DNA of 64,000 nucleotides, from assembly GCF_026571515.1 (NCBI RefSeq), contig NW_026867019.1:124001-188000 (forward strand), read 5' to 3'. Both the position numbers and the translations under genes were made by a program. Origin of the DNA: Ruditapes philippinarum (taxonomy: Eukaryota). Shown here in pieces: positions 13,244 through 25,414 of the stretch (position 1 is its first letter; each line of letters begins with the position of its first letter). Under the pieces are notes generated by a model, which had not been told where the DNA came from, made no database searches, and saw only the letters and a program-made list of their open reading frames with translations.

Positions 13244-13527
13244 TATTATTAGTTATAACGATTGTTGACAGGTTATATGGCCCTATATAAACGGTTGTTT
13301 GTAAATATAACCCGAGCCGTCAGGCGAGGGTTATATTGCAAACAGTCGTTTATATAGGGCCATATAACCGGTCAACAACCTTTATAACGAATTTATAATA
13401 CAGCAAGCATCCTTTTTTAGAGAAAAAAGTAAGATTTCTTCATGAATCGACAAAAGACGTGTATATAAAACTATATAAACGTCACGATTATCCAATGAAA
13501 AGCGACGTTACAAACGTGCAGTATTAT
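13244..13527. mobile_element. About 280-bp palindromic insertion with 6-bp direct repeats (Crypton-like non-autonomous element; family inferred)
   Basis: Near-perfect palindrome 13252-13388; TATTAT at 13244-13249 and 13522-13527; absent from the paralogous site at ~25035. Confidence 0.7.
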
Positions 13528-14520
13528 AAGTATATATATATACTTTCCAATTCGACAATTTACTGCAAATATAAAGGTATAAATAAATATTACAAATATA
13601 ATTATATAATTGTATTTCGATTTTTCCAATCAAGTATTCTAAACGTTTTATATTGTTATTCCATTTTATATAGTTATTCAATTCAAGTATTTACCATGAC
13701 AGACAGGTACAAAATAAAATTAGTAAATTAAAATTAGTAAATAGTGATAATATCATGATCATTATGATAATTATTGATACTATATGGAAATAAACAAAAG
13801 AATGTAGAAATAAGAAATATATTTATAATGTAAACAATTCGTAAACACTTACATTTATTGTACAATTTAAACGCATTCACTGAATAATGTGTTACTTCTG
13901 TACAGCGTACTATGAATTCTGTTTTATACGGGAACACATGAATAATTGGAAAACCAATGAGCTAAATTTGGGATACAGGTATGTTACTTTGAGGAATCCA
14001 ACTTCAAAATTCAGAAAAAGATCAATTAAATTAGTTTTGAATGCTTGAAAAATTACTGATAACTGTTGCCTATTTATAGATTGGATGACGTATTTAAGAT
14101 ATCATGTCGTTTGTTATTCGGAACAATTTTAAGGGCCCTAATATGCTTCTTGGTATCTTTAATTAAGTACTAAAGTATGTACGACACATCATTATTTGAT
14201 TTGTTTCACTGAATAACTCTTTTTCAATTTCGGTAAGTTCATTTACTTTTTTTAGGTCGATCGAATAATTTTTGTCTTCTTCAGTAATATTATAGCATCA
14301 ATCACTGTTTTAATGTAACGTTCATGTATATATGCTGTCAATATATATTATAGAAAAACAAAGTTTGAAAATGCACTTGAAAAGATACAGATTTTTACCA
14401 TGATTAAATGTTAATATAATTGTCATTAGAAGTAACTTTACACCTAATAGAGAAGTTATCTTTGAAAAGTATAATTATAAAGTATGATATTTCCTTATTT
14501 AACAGTTTCCAGTGATAAAC

Positions 14521-14805
14521 ATGGGAAATAGCAACGACACAAATTATGGTGGCGGCGGCGGGGGAGGAGGTTGCAATGGTGGGGCGGGTGGTGGTGGTGG
14601 AAGTGGTGGTGGACCTGGCGGAGGAAGAGGAGGAGACGGAGGACGTCCAAGACAGAACGGTCAGGATGGTCAAGATGGTGTTAATGGCGGTGGAGGAGGA
14701 GGTGGTGGTGGAGGCGGGGCAGGAGGAGGCAGAGGGGGGAGAGGAGGTCGTGGAAGTGGAAATGGAAGAGATGGACAGAACGGACAAGATGGAAGTTATT
14801 ATTAG
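14521..14805 (+). CDS. Glycine-rich protein family B, copy B1 (94 aa, MGNSND...GQDGSYY)
   Basis: Intact ORF from ATG 14521; donor GTAAGT at 14233, acceptor AG at 14504-14505 or 14511-14512; paralog at 33436. Confidence 0.85.
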   Translation: MGNSNDTNYGGGGGGGGCNGGAGGGGGSGGGPGGGRGGDGGRPRQNGQDGQDGVNGGGGGGGGGGGAGGGRGGRGGRGSGNGRDGQNGQDGSYY

Positions 14806-16721
14806 ACGACAAACTGATGTTAACATTCATTTATTCATTCATGTTTATATATTTATTTAGATATATATTTCTAAAAGAGAATAATGGAAACGTTTTATTT
14901 GTTTAACGCTCTTGGAGATGAATAATCAAAATTAGATTATTTTATTCAGTTAATTTAGTTAAACAATATTAACAATATTTGTGTAAAAAGAAACATGCAT
15001 GATTAAGTAAAATATCGATATAGATTATTCACTTTTATACTCACAATATTATTTTTCGATACTAGTTTAATATCCAACAAATGTGGCCATTTTCATTTAA
15101 TAGAAAATATATGCATTGGCTATTGATTATCAAATGCAAGACTTATATATAGAAGTATGCATGTTTTAAATAATTTCAGTGTTATAATTAACTAATTCTT
15201 ACACTCATTTATAATTTGAATGTTTATACGATGTATTTGTCTACACAAAATATGTCAATAAGTTTAAGAAAATAAAAAGGATAATACCTCACAACAATTA
15301 TCTCTTCTTCTTTTTTTCTTTATGCGAATATGGTCCAGAGCATGGCCATGTTTATCGAAACATTAATTGATTTGTTGATTAAAAAAAAACACCTGTTGAA
15401 GAATAAGAACATCGTTACTTCTAATACAATGGTTATAAATAAACATATTGTATTGAATACAGAACTTGATCACAGTTAGATCTACAACAACAAAATAAGA
15501 AAAATAAAACAACTAGAACAATGGTGGTACCTCTGGCTTGATTCGTAATTGTTTGATTATGATTACCAAATATGAAGAAAAGGAAAACAATGTTCACATT
15601 ATAAATAATTACTTTAGTCGTAATAAAATAATATGTCAAATGATAGTTTACAGTTATCCATCGTATGGCATAGCAGTCATTTTTTTTTTCATATAATGTT
15701 TCATGAGATTTAACGTATATTCAAATAAAAACTAGGTGTTCGGCATAAATAGCCACAAATAAAGTCTTTTTTTACACCGTTAAACAGGTCCGGTCACATG
15801 AAAATCAAGAGGAATTTAGGATGTAAGTAATATCTGTTCACGAGTGAGTAAATAAGTACTGAATAGTGGTGATAATTGAAGAACCAAAAGAGTTAAGGAC
15901 GCATAAAATGATGTACATTACATTATATCACGTAAACGCACTCAACATTAGTCTAGCAATTTTATTAATTCTTTTAGGTTTATGTTTACTAAAAGAGGAA
16001 TGTCAGACCAAGTTTATACACGATTGGGAAACAGTTTTAAAATTTTGTTTGATCTATTTATAGTCTAGACAAAATCAGAATATGCCCGAAATAACGACCT
16101 AATCTAACTTTACTTGGTATATTATAGAACAAATATATCGTTAATTATCAAATTTAAAAGACAAAGAATTGTTGATAATAATAATAATGATGTAGGTATA
16201 TGCAAACACGTTCGAGCTTTATATCAATCATATAAAATGATTGATATAAAACATGTCTTACTGTATTGTCATTTATTTATGACAATCCAGTGTTTTGGAA
16301 TCAAATTCTATTTTTAACAACCCAGAAAACCAAAAGTTGTATCAGCTTAGAAAGAAATTGAGTTTAACTTATTATATCTAAAATTAAAAACAAATCAGTT
16401 ATTGAAGCATAGTAATTATTTACTTTCGCTTTCATTATCGTATTTCAAAATGTATTTTATAAATACACACAACTCACCATTTTAAATTTACGCACAAAAT
16501 TCATAGGTTGGGTTTCCAATGATAACAAATGCTGAAATGTATTTACATAAATTGAAACAACTGAATTGAAAGGAATTAAGAAGAAGTAAGATACAATTTT
16601 GTCTTCATATAAACTTTTTATTTCTATTATAACATATCTTTTATCTATTTAAAGATACTCTGGTTTAAGATCTATGTTGAGGTATATAATTTACCTCAGT
16701 TGATAAAATCTCACGGAACAT

Positions 16722-16797
16722 CACGTAAAACATTTAATTTGTCTTCCACATATGTACATGAATGTTATCACGTCAATTTCTACATATTTGCACGTCA
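16722..16797. promoter_or_regulatory. Cluster of three CACGT motifs upstream of C1
   Basis: TCACGTA, TCACGTCA and GCACGTCA just upstream of the non-coding-exon donor GTAAGT at 16821; all three conserved at 36320-36395. Confidence 0.45.
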
Positions 16798-16937
16798 TAA
16801 TTGTCGTGGGAAATAGTACTGTAAGTATTGTTTTTCATACAAATTTTATTGATACAATTACAAGGTTATATTCGACTTTATGACATAGATTACATGCTTA
16901 TATATATATTTAAATATTGCAGGTAATAAACGAAAAC

Positions 16938-18784
16938 ATGGATGACTGTAAAAACACAGTAATTATCACGGGATTTGGACTTGATATCAAGAAAGAGGAT
17001 TTTATCCAACATTTCAAACGTTTTGGAGAAATACAAGTATGTTTTTAGCTTCCTTTCTCTAAAGAATGTTTCGATATATTTATCAAGATTGACGTTCATT
17101 TAAGTTGATTACCTGTATTTGTGTCTTAACTTGTACAGTAAACGAACATATGCGATAGATTTCATATGAATTTCCGAACGTTTGATTTGGGTAACTTAAA
17201 TTGTAAGACCTTTACTTCACATTTATTTTAACCGAAGTTTATTTCCCTTTCCTTAGCTTGCAAAAATATTTTCTTGTTTGATTCACATAACTGTATGAAC
17301 TGAGATAAATACTATCATAATTGTTTTATGTAAACGTTAATTATTGTTAAATATGAAGATATAAATGCATACTTGTATGTATATTTACACAGAAAAGTAA
17401 CCTTGTAACTACAGGATCGGAAGGGGATAGTGACATATGCCACTCTAAAAAGCGGAACGGGCTGTAAAAGAACTTGAGGTTTTTTTTAAAAAGCATATAA
17501 ATCGCATTAAAAATAGCACTTTTATTCTGTAGCAAATTACTAACCTTAAATTGTAAATATTTTTAGTTATGATTGAAATAGGTCCGCAAATGTTACCGTT
17601 ACCGTTACCAGTTATTTTCAAACGAAATTTTTTTTTATAAAAGTAATTACGACCTCAAATGCACGTAAAAGCTTATCTTTATAAACATATAATGCTTCTT
17701 TAAAAATATTATTGCATTATTGTACATAATTTCAGGAAAAAAAATAAACGGAAATGTGATCAGAGTTAAACTGATGGACAAGTGTTATAACATCGATAAG
17801 ATTTGCAATGAAGGTAAAATAAGTTTAATTGTTTCGAGTTAATAAACTATACTTGTAAACCAATATTCGAGTCACCCTCTATGATGATATGATATCATTG
17901 CTATCAGAAAGCTTTTTATATCAAATAAATGTGTGCATGATTATTGTAAAATTGTGCTAATTTTGATGAAAGCTATGAAATCATATACATTAATCAAATA
18001 AATCCAGAGAGATTTACTTTAATAATTTACATTTACTTTAATACTTTAATATTTCTTACTTTAATAAGAAACAACGTAACGAATGATAAACAACAAAAGC
18101 TTTTATCTATTTTATTGATAGCTTAGTTTAAGCATTTTGAATTAAACTGTGTAATACAATGGGGTTTCAGATTATGGTAACAACACAACAAACAACCAAA
18201 AAGATATACCTTGTGATGAACATCACAAGAAAAAGTTTGGTGGCGGTAAAGGTGGAAAAGGAGGGACCGGAGGTTCGAACGTTCCCAGTGGACATGATGG
18301 TGAAGATGGCGAACCGGGTCCTGGGGGAAAAGGTGGTGCAGGTGGTAGACCGGCTATAACTAATCCAAACCTGGGTAAAAGAGCCTTTGAATCGAATAGT
18401 GAAAATATGAAAAACAAATATGAATGTACCGGTGGTGGAAAAGGCGGTAAAGGTGGAACCGGGGGTCGGAACGTTCCAAGTGGACATGACGGTGAGGACG
18501 GCGAACCTGGTCCTGGTGGCAAAGGTGGTGCGGGTGGCACACCAGCAGTATCAAAAAACGACTATACATGGAATGGTAACTGGAACAACGATCCATGGTA
18601 TACAAGATGGTTTGGTCTTGGAAGGCCTAATAAGAAAAACGCGCAAGAATATCATTATTCAGGTGGCGGAAAAGGTGGAAAAGGCGGAATCGGGGGTCCG
18701 AATGTTCCAAGTGGACATGACGGCGAGGACGGAGAGGCCGGTCCTGGTGGTAAAGGTGGTGCGGGTGGCAGACCAGCAGTGTGA
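16938..18784 (+). CDS. Family C copy C1: RRM + three Gly-rich modules (exons 16938-17036, 17393-17478, 17736-17813, 18171-18784); exon 2 frameshifted as assembled
   Basis: GT-AG boundaries at all exons; exons 1, 3 and 4 open; exon 2 is 86 nt versus 88 in paralogs, with several single-base indels. Confidence 0.75.
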
Positions 18785-21700
18785 CATACAACTTCAAAAC
18801 TTTGACTCCTTCGATGTTATGATGTTTTTTCGTTCTCATATATTAGTTTTTAAGATAAAAGTATAAACATCTCAAATAAAAGCAAATGTTTAGCAAAATA
18901 ATATTTATTGCCGGAATAAGGTTGTTTTCCAATGACTTAATTTTATTGTTTTGTTTCTATATCTCAATTTAAATGTAAAACAATTACATAAATAATCGAA
19001 GATTTTAACTCTCTCACATCAAACAAGAACACAGTAAAACATTGATTAATAAAATTGTGTTTTTACTCATTGAAACGAAATTCACAAGATGTGTATGATA
19101 TCTTATAGTGTGTACAGAGTATATTGATATTTGGTAAATGCAAATATATTCTGTAATATTTTGTTTTCTTGCTGATATTTACTTTTTTATTTATAGTATA
19201 TTGTGAATATTCAAACAGTATCTTGACAATGACTGCATATCGGGCGATACAGGTTTTGACTATCCTGTATTTTTGTTGATGTCACCCCTATCGTAGGCAA
19301 ACGAAAGACAGGTGGCGATGGTTATATTGAAGGACTGAACAAAACATAGAGATTTTTGAATGGGTCGGATTCTTATCAACAAAAATGAGATCTTCTCATT
19401 GTCAGAGGATTGAAATATTCTCCGAACTATTCTGATATAACATGTATTTGTAACATTGCGTCAATTTAATGATTATCAACTCGGTACAACTGATGTAAAC
19501 TAACTGTGTTGTTTCTGTATAGTTCAACTTTAAAATTATAGATTATGCGGTATCTAAAAGGATTGGCATAGTAATTAAGACTTTTCTAGTTGTTAATACT
19601 AAAATATTTATGCAAGATATTGAGATATATAAAATTCACTTGAGAGCATCAATTATAACAATACTAAAATAGTGATAATTACAGAGTCGGGTTGATTAAA
19701 ACTGTTTATCTTTAGAGATAATAACAGGTCCAACATTCATCACGTCCTCAGGCATACTTCAATTCTCAACACAAAGAGTAATGTCCATCAGTGATCCCAA
19801 AATAACATCACTATGATGAAGCTTACTATTCTATAGCTTCACAGTTTTTTTTATACATACGTGTATAATCAATGTCCCATTTTTATAAATCATATCATGT
19901 TTTACTTTATCTAAAATCAATTATTTCATATCATCTTCTTTACTTAAATAATTGAAGCTCCTTATCTTGTATCCATTATTCCAATTAAAACAAAGTTAAA
20001 CTCAAAATTAGTATTGATTTTTTTATTGTATACATCAACTTGGTCAGTGTACATGTACAGAAATTATCATTACTATCAGTAAATTGTATAAGGTATAAGG
20101 ATAAGGATATAAGGAGTATTTCTGTATAGAAAAATTAATTAAAAAAGATGTCGATGGAAGTGTCAGACACTTATGTTAATTGCTTTTGAACAATATCTTA
20201 CGGAATATGCTACCTAATTTATTGTACTAATTCTTGACGGTTCGCACTTGCATTTCTGCATTGCATTATTCTCTGTTTTATAGAACTTATAGAACAGAAA
20301 AGACTTGCAAAAATGGAGAGAAGACAACATATGAAAGCTGAAATTAATCATGAGACTCTATTGAAATGAATGTATCTAATTGTTTTAAACAGTTATTTCA
20401 ACGATATAAAACTCGAAACATGAACGTTTTAAACAAGCACGTTTTCTGTTGCTAGGTTTCCTACAAAAGGATGAATAGAATTAAAGCTTTTGGTAATTAT
20501 AAATTATTGTTTTAGGACCGTGCTTCGACATATATTATATATATAATATGCTATTGGTGGGCTTGTACATAGCCTCGTAGAATCAATCTTGTGACCAGTA
20601 TAGCATGTCATTTTACGCCATAACCATTAGGTGTCGCGGCCAAATTTTATATCATAATACACGAAGCACGAACAGACATAAACGATGATAGTTTAGTTGC
20701 TTATGAGTTAACATGACGGTTATAACATGTATAAGAGCAATATACTTTCGATACACAGAAAAAATAAAAAGTCAAAATACAGTTTCTATTGTTGCCACTA
20801 CCTTTACATTTGAACAAATTCTTTTCAATTTCGTTTTTAGATTTCTATTGATATATTATCGTAATAAAGACAAATACAGTATGAGTAAAAAACATGTCAT
20901 CCCTGTATTACAACCAGAAAAAACTTATATATAAAACCTTACATTTGTCATCTTAACAAAAAAGAGACCATATCTCATTGTTACTTAAAAAGCGACTCTT
21001 TAGTTCCTTAGAAACGATCAAATTCTGTTTTGGATTAAATATAATCGTATTTTCGTTTTTGGTTTTTAATACAATTATAAAACCACTAATGACACTTACT
21101 ACTAAAAATAGGAAACATTACCTGTGTGTATGAAACAGATAATGGTGCAATTATAGAAACACATATTTTTATAATTATAGAAACATGTCAATGAATAAAG
21201 ACATAGCTAATTCATGATTTAGATTGAAAATAGATAATATGCTTTTGGTTTCTTATCCTTAATATAGAAACAGTTAACTCAAAGGCGACACTCAATATAT
21301 AAGTCATCCTGAAAAGTCCTGTTATGTCGAGCTATAATTGTGAATATTTATGTCAAAAAGGGTAAAGGCATATGAATCTCTTTCAATCTGTGGAACAAAC
21401 TATCAACATTTGTGATTGATACCTCGCTAAATGATGATAAAAAAAGTAGTGCCCTTTTAAAGTTGAAAAAAAAAACCCTTAAAAATATTAAATTTTTTTG
21501 GAAAAAAACCCTGTCACATTTGTAAAAAACTTTGACAAATACTTTTGGGGTTTTTAAGATTTTTTTTTAAAACTATAGTTTTTTTTTTCGAAAAAAAATG
21601 AAATAATTTTATTTTAAATTTGAATTTTTTGTATGGGTGTCTGATTCTTTCTTAAAAATTTTTTGGCTTGTTTTTTTTTTGTGCTTGATTGATTTTGTTT

Positions 21701-24058
21701 ATTAAAATAAAGGGTTGTGAAAGTTTTTACTTTTGACATCTTATAAACATAACATTATAAGTACACCATATTCCAGATATAACCCCAAAAAAATCCTTTC
21801 CTAAAGGGTTTAAACCAATTACTTATATATAAGGAAGTTCAACTGAAATTTTGTTTAAAATTTAAATTTGCTATGTATGAGCTTCAAATTTTTTTATAGC
21901 TAAAAATGTTTTTTTTTTTTATTTTTTTTCCCGCAATAATCCCGATATTTTTAACCCCTTACCGCGGGGCACATGACGGGTCCTTTAAATAAACACATTA
22001 AATAGAAAATTATATTTTGTAATGTTAGAACATAATTAGTAAATAGCTAAAATTCTACATTTTTTAACTTTGTAAAAAAAAGTTGTTGCTTTAAAATTTT
22101 TCCCTATAAGAATTAAGGCGGTTTGCATTTTGTATGGAAGAGAGAACAAAGGGTTTAAAAGCCCAGGCAACTTTCAAAGGGGGGAGAAGCCAAAATACTA
22201 CTTTGATTTTTCTTTTTTGCTAGATTTTCTCCAAAAAATACTTTTTTTTTTTTTGCTACATTTTACAAATTTCCCAATAATCTACTTTCTTCAGGTGATA
22301 AATATTTAACTGTTTAACGAAGCATTTCAACGATAAAAGCTCATAATTACCTTTTCTAAAGAATGTAAAAATACTGTATCTGAGGTATAATATGCCTTTA
22401 ATATGTATTCCAAGCTATTCAATGTGTTTTAACCATATTTTCTCGCGATATATTTGAACAATGAAAGCATAAAATATACATGAAAGATGTTATGTATTCA
22501 CTATTTACGACGTATATACGTTATTTCTCTGACTATTGGACCATTTAAACTTTTTAATATAAGAATCAATTTATGGGCCTTTACTGAACGGGTTTTAAAA
22601 TATTTTTTAGTAGAGCCTTAACATTAAATTCCTTGTTTAATTAATTTAAAATCCCTTTTAAATAAAGAAGATTAATCTATTATTCTTAACACTTCGTTCA
22701 CGATCTTTATAACAAGGTAAATTATCCCTTGATAAAAATTGGTATTATTTATGGTTTAATATATACCCCTTTGAGCAGTTTCATTTGTATCGTAAATTCC
22801 GTAAACCTTAAAGCTATTGACGTCGCTGCAGGTTCTAATAACATATAGGTTTATGGCACCTACCAGTTCCTACCTTTAATCTATGTGAAGACGTCCAGAA
22901 ACGTTTCCTAAACTTTTACTATTTAATTATTGACAAATATATGGCCAGCCAAAATTACAAAACAATACAGTTCAATCGTTTTTTGTAACTTAGTTTTTTA
23001 TACTTAATTTATATAGATATATCTGTTGAATATTTGTTTACTACTGTTAAAATATATCTTCATCTCCAACACCCTGATTAATTTATACTTTATTGGAACC
23101 TTAAGTCAAAGACAGACACATATTTAACTCTTTAAAGGGTTATTTCTCTTAGGTTAAGCTCTCAATAAACACCATTTCTATAAAAGATTTGAAAATTTGC
23201 ATATCTACAAAACACAAGGCACGAAGCCATACAATGCATTACATGGCGACCTAGAATTTAGCAAAACGATTTCATACAGTCAAATTTGATAACTATCTAC
23301 ACCCGAAAGTTTACTGTATACAAAGAATAGAATTGTCATGTCTTATTTCTTCTGTATCGTGTACAATTATACACAGTGTTTCAGTTTGATAACCCCCCTA
23401 CTGGCCCGTTTATATTTTCCTGTATTTAATATATTCCGGGGAAATTTTTAAATCTAATATTGGTCAGCAAAATTTGATGTCCAAACCATTTGCTTTCGGT
23501 AATAATATTTATCGTTTATTGATATTATTATACATATTTTAAGGTTCCATAAATAAGTTTAAATAACCTATAAGTATTATAAATCTATGATGTATATAAT
23601 AATATATGAGCAAAATAACAGCTCAAAATGCCGTAAATGCTTTTATTATCCGATAACGACTGGCCCGTGTGGCATAATTTGGAATAATAAGCACTGTGAA
23701 TTATATTTATGAATGGTCAGAATGTTGTATGAAAACAATGGTTAGGGACAATAACAACAAATGCTATCCAGAAAAGGAATGAATTTATTACCATAACATA
23801 TACTTAATTAACATTATTGAATAATTACATAAATTCACCATTTTCTATCAAAGTTCAAAAACGTTTTATATACGCATATAATTGGTTTATAAATCAGATA
23901 CCAAGATACCAGCGCACATTTTTGATCGATATTGTTACAAAATTGTCTGTTTCAATGTTATGAAGATTATTCCTGAGACAAACAAGAAGATAAGATAATC
24001 GATATTGTTATATAATAATGAAGTGATTGATAATAACAAAAGCTAATAAATTGTTTAT

Positions 24059-24240
24059 TTAACTCCATGGAAACACGCCTGAAGGGTTGATTTATTTTTT
24101 GCCTTCACTTGTGCCGCCATTTCCACCGTTTCCGCCCGGAGCAGTACTCCCGGCCCCACTTCCTCCTCCACCACCTCCCTGCACCCGGGCTTGTCCTCCT
24201 TGGGCCACCTGGGTCCGGAATTGTTTATCAATTTTTTCCA
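24059..24240 (-). pseudogene. Family A copy A3, no ATG and frameshifted as assembled
   Basis: GGGGGGSGAGSTAPGGNGGNGG core and PSGVFPWS* tail retained; the 5' part lies in homopolymer-rich, low-quality-looking sequence. Confidence 0.65.
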
Positions 24241-25414
24241 AAAAATTTTTTTTCTGTTTTAAAAAAGAATGAAACAAAAGTACAATGATATCGTGATTAT
24301 AATATTATATTCCCAAAAAAGAAAATATATGCTTGGATTTGTTAATTAAACTTGTTATGTTTTAAAAATGGGGTTAAAAACGTTTAAATTTTAAAATCTA
24401 AAGAATTTTGATTTAAAACAAAACTCCTAATTAAAAACCCTATTATTAGTTTGACGGGCCCAATAAAGGCGGGCTTTGGGGGACTTTTAACAAAACATTT
24501 AACGGCGGCTTTCACAAATTTTTTAAAAGGGGAGCTGTTTTTTAAAAGTTTAAACCCTTTAAAAACCCCTACTGGGTAGGTTTCCCAAAAGCCCACAAGT
24601 AAAACTGGCAAAACATTTCCCCCCTTGGGGCCCCTCTAAGGGGTTTCTAGTTTTTTTTGTAAAAAAAAAAAGGTTTTTAAGAAAATCAAACAATTTTGTT
24701 TTTTAAATTCCCCACCGGGAAAAGCCCGGGTATTTTGATACCTCGTCTAATCCCTATGTGTTAATGACTGTTTGAATGCATGGCTAAAATTCCTTTAGCA
24801 GGAAATCCGAATTACAGTGAAGGTGGTAAGACAAATTCGGTGACAATCAGATTTACACGCAAGATGTAACTTTAGTATATATGAACTTTAGTCATTATAT
24901 TACATACAATTAAATTTAAATCAATATGGTGCACACTCCAGTTATCATAAAATTACACAATTTATTAATAACAATCGATATAATATATAAAGCTGACACA
25001 CGTCATTACTTACAGAAAGGTTTTGATATATCTTGATATGTATAAATATATATTATACTTTCCGATTCGACGAATTACTGTAAATATATAAAATATATAT
25101 TACAAATACAACTATATCATTGTATTTTATTTTTTTCCAATCAAGTATTGTAATCCAGTTTTGTATAGTTATTCCATTTGCAATTATTTTACATGACAGA
25201 CAGTTACAAAATAACAGTAGTACATAGAAGTTAGTGCATAGTGATAATATTATGATCATTACAATAATTATTGATACTATATGGAAAGAAAACAAAAGAA
25301 TGGGTGATAACGGCTCGGGTGATATAAAATCTTAACAGGTAATATATCCACATATATCACTCCAAAACCAAAATAACATATAATATTTGAATATTGCAGG
25401 AAATAAACAGAAAC

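Noticed and set aside
14404-14860. Overlapping Ser/Thr-rich (minus) and Val/Glu-rich (plus) ORFs over B1, and equivalents over B2, A2 and A4
   Set aside because: Shadow frames of GGN codon runs; they start at non-ATG codons or in introns and their ends differ between paralogs
18366-18390. NLGKRAF as a neuropeptide amidation/cleavage site
   Set aside because: Single occurrence in a protein that lacks a signal peptide
18240-18784. Collagen or secreted shell-matrix protein call for the Gly-X-X repeats
   Set aside because: Triplet runs are too short and interrupted for a triple helix, and no signal peptide is present
18159-18866. Pro-rich minus ORFs and the MGFQIMV... ORF over the C exons
   Set aside because: Antisense or out-of-frame shadows; the ATG at 18159 lies in the intron before TTTCAG and is ATA in C3
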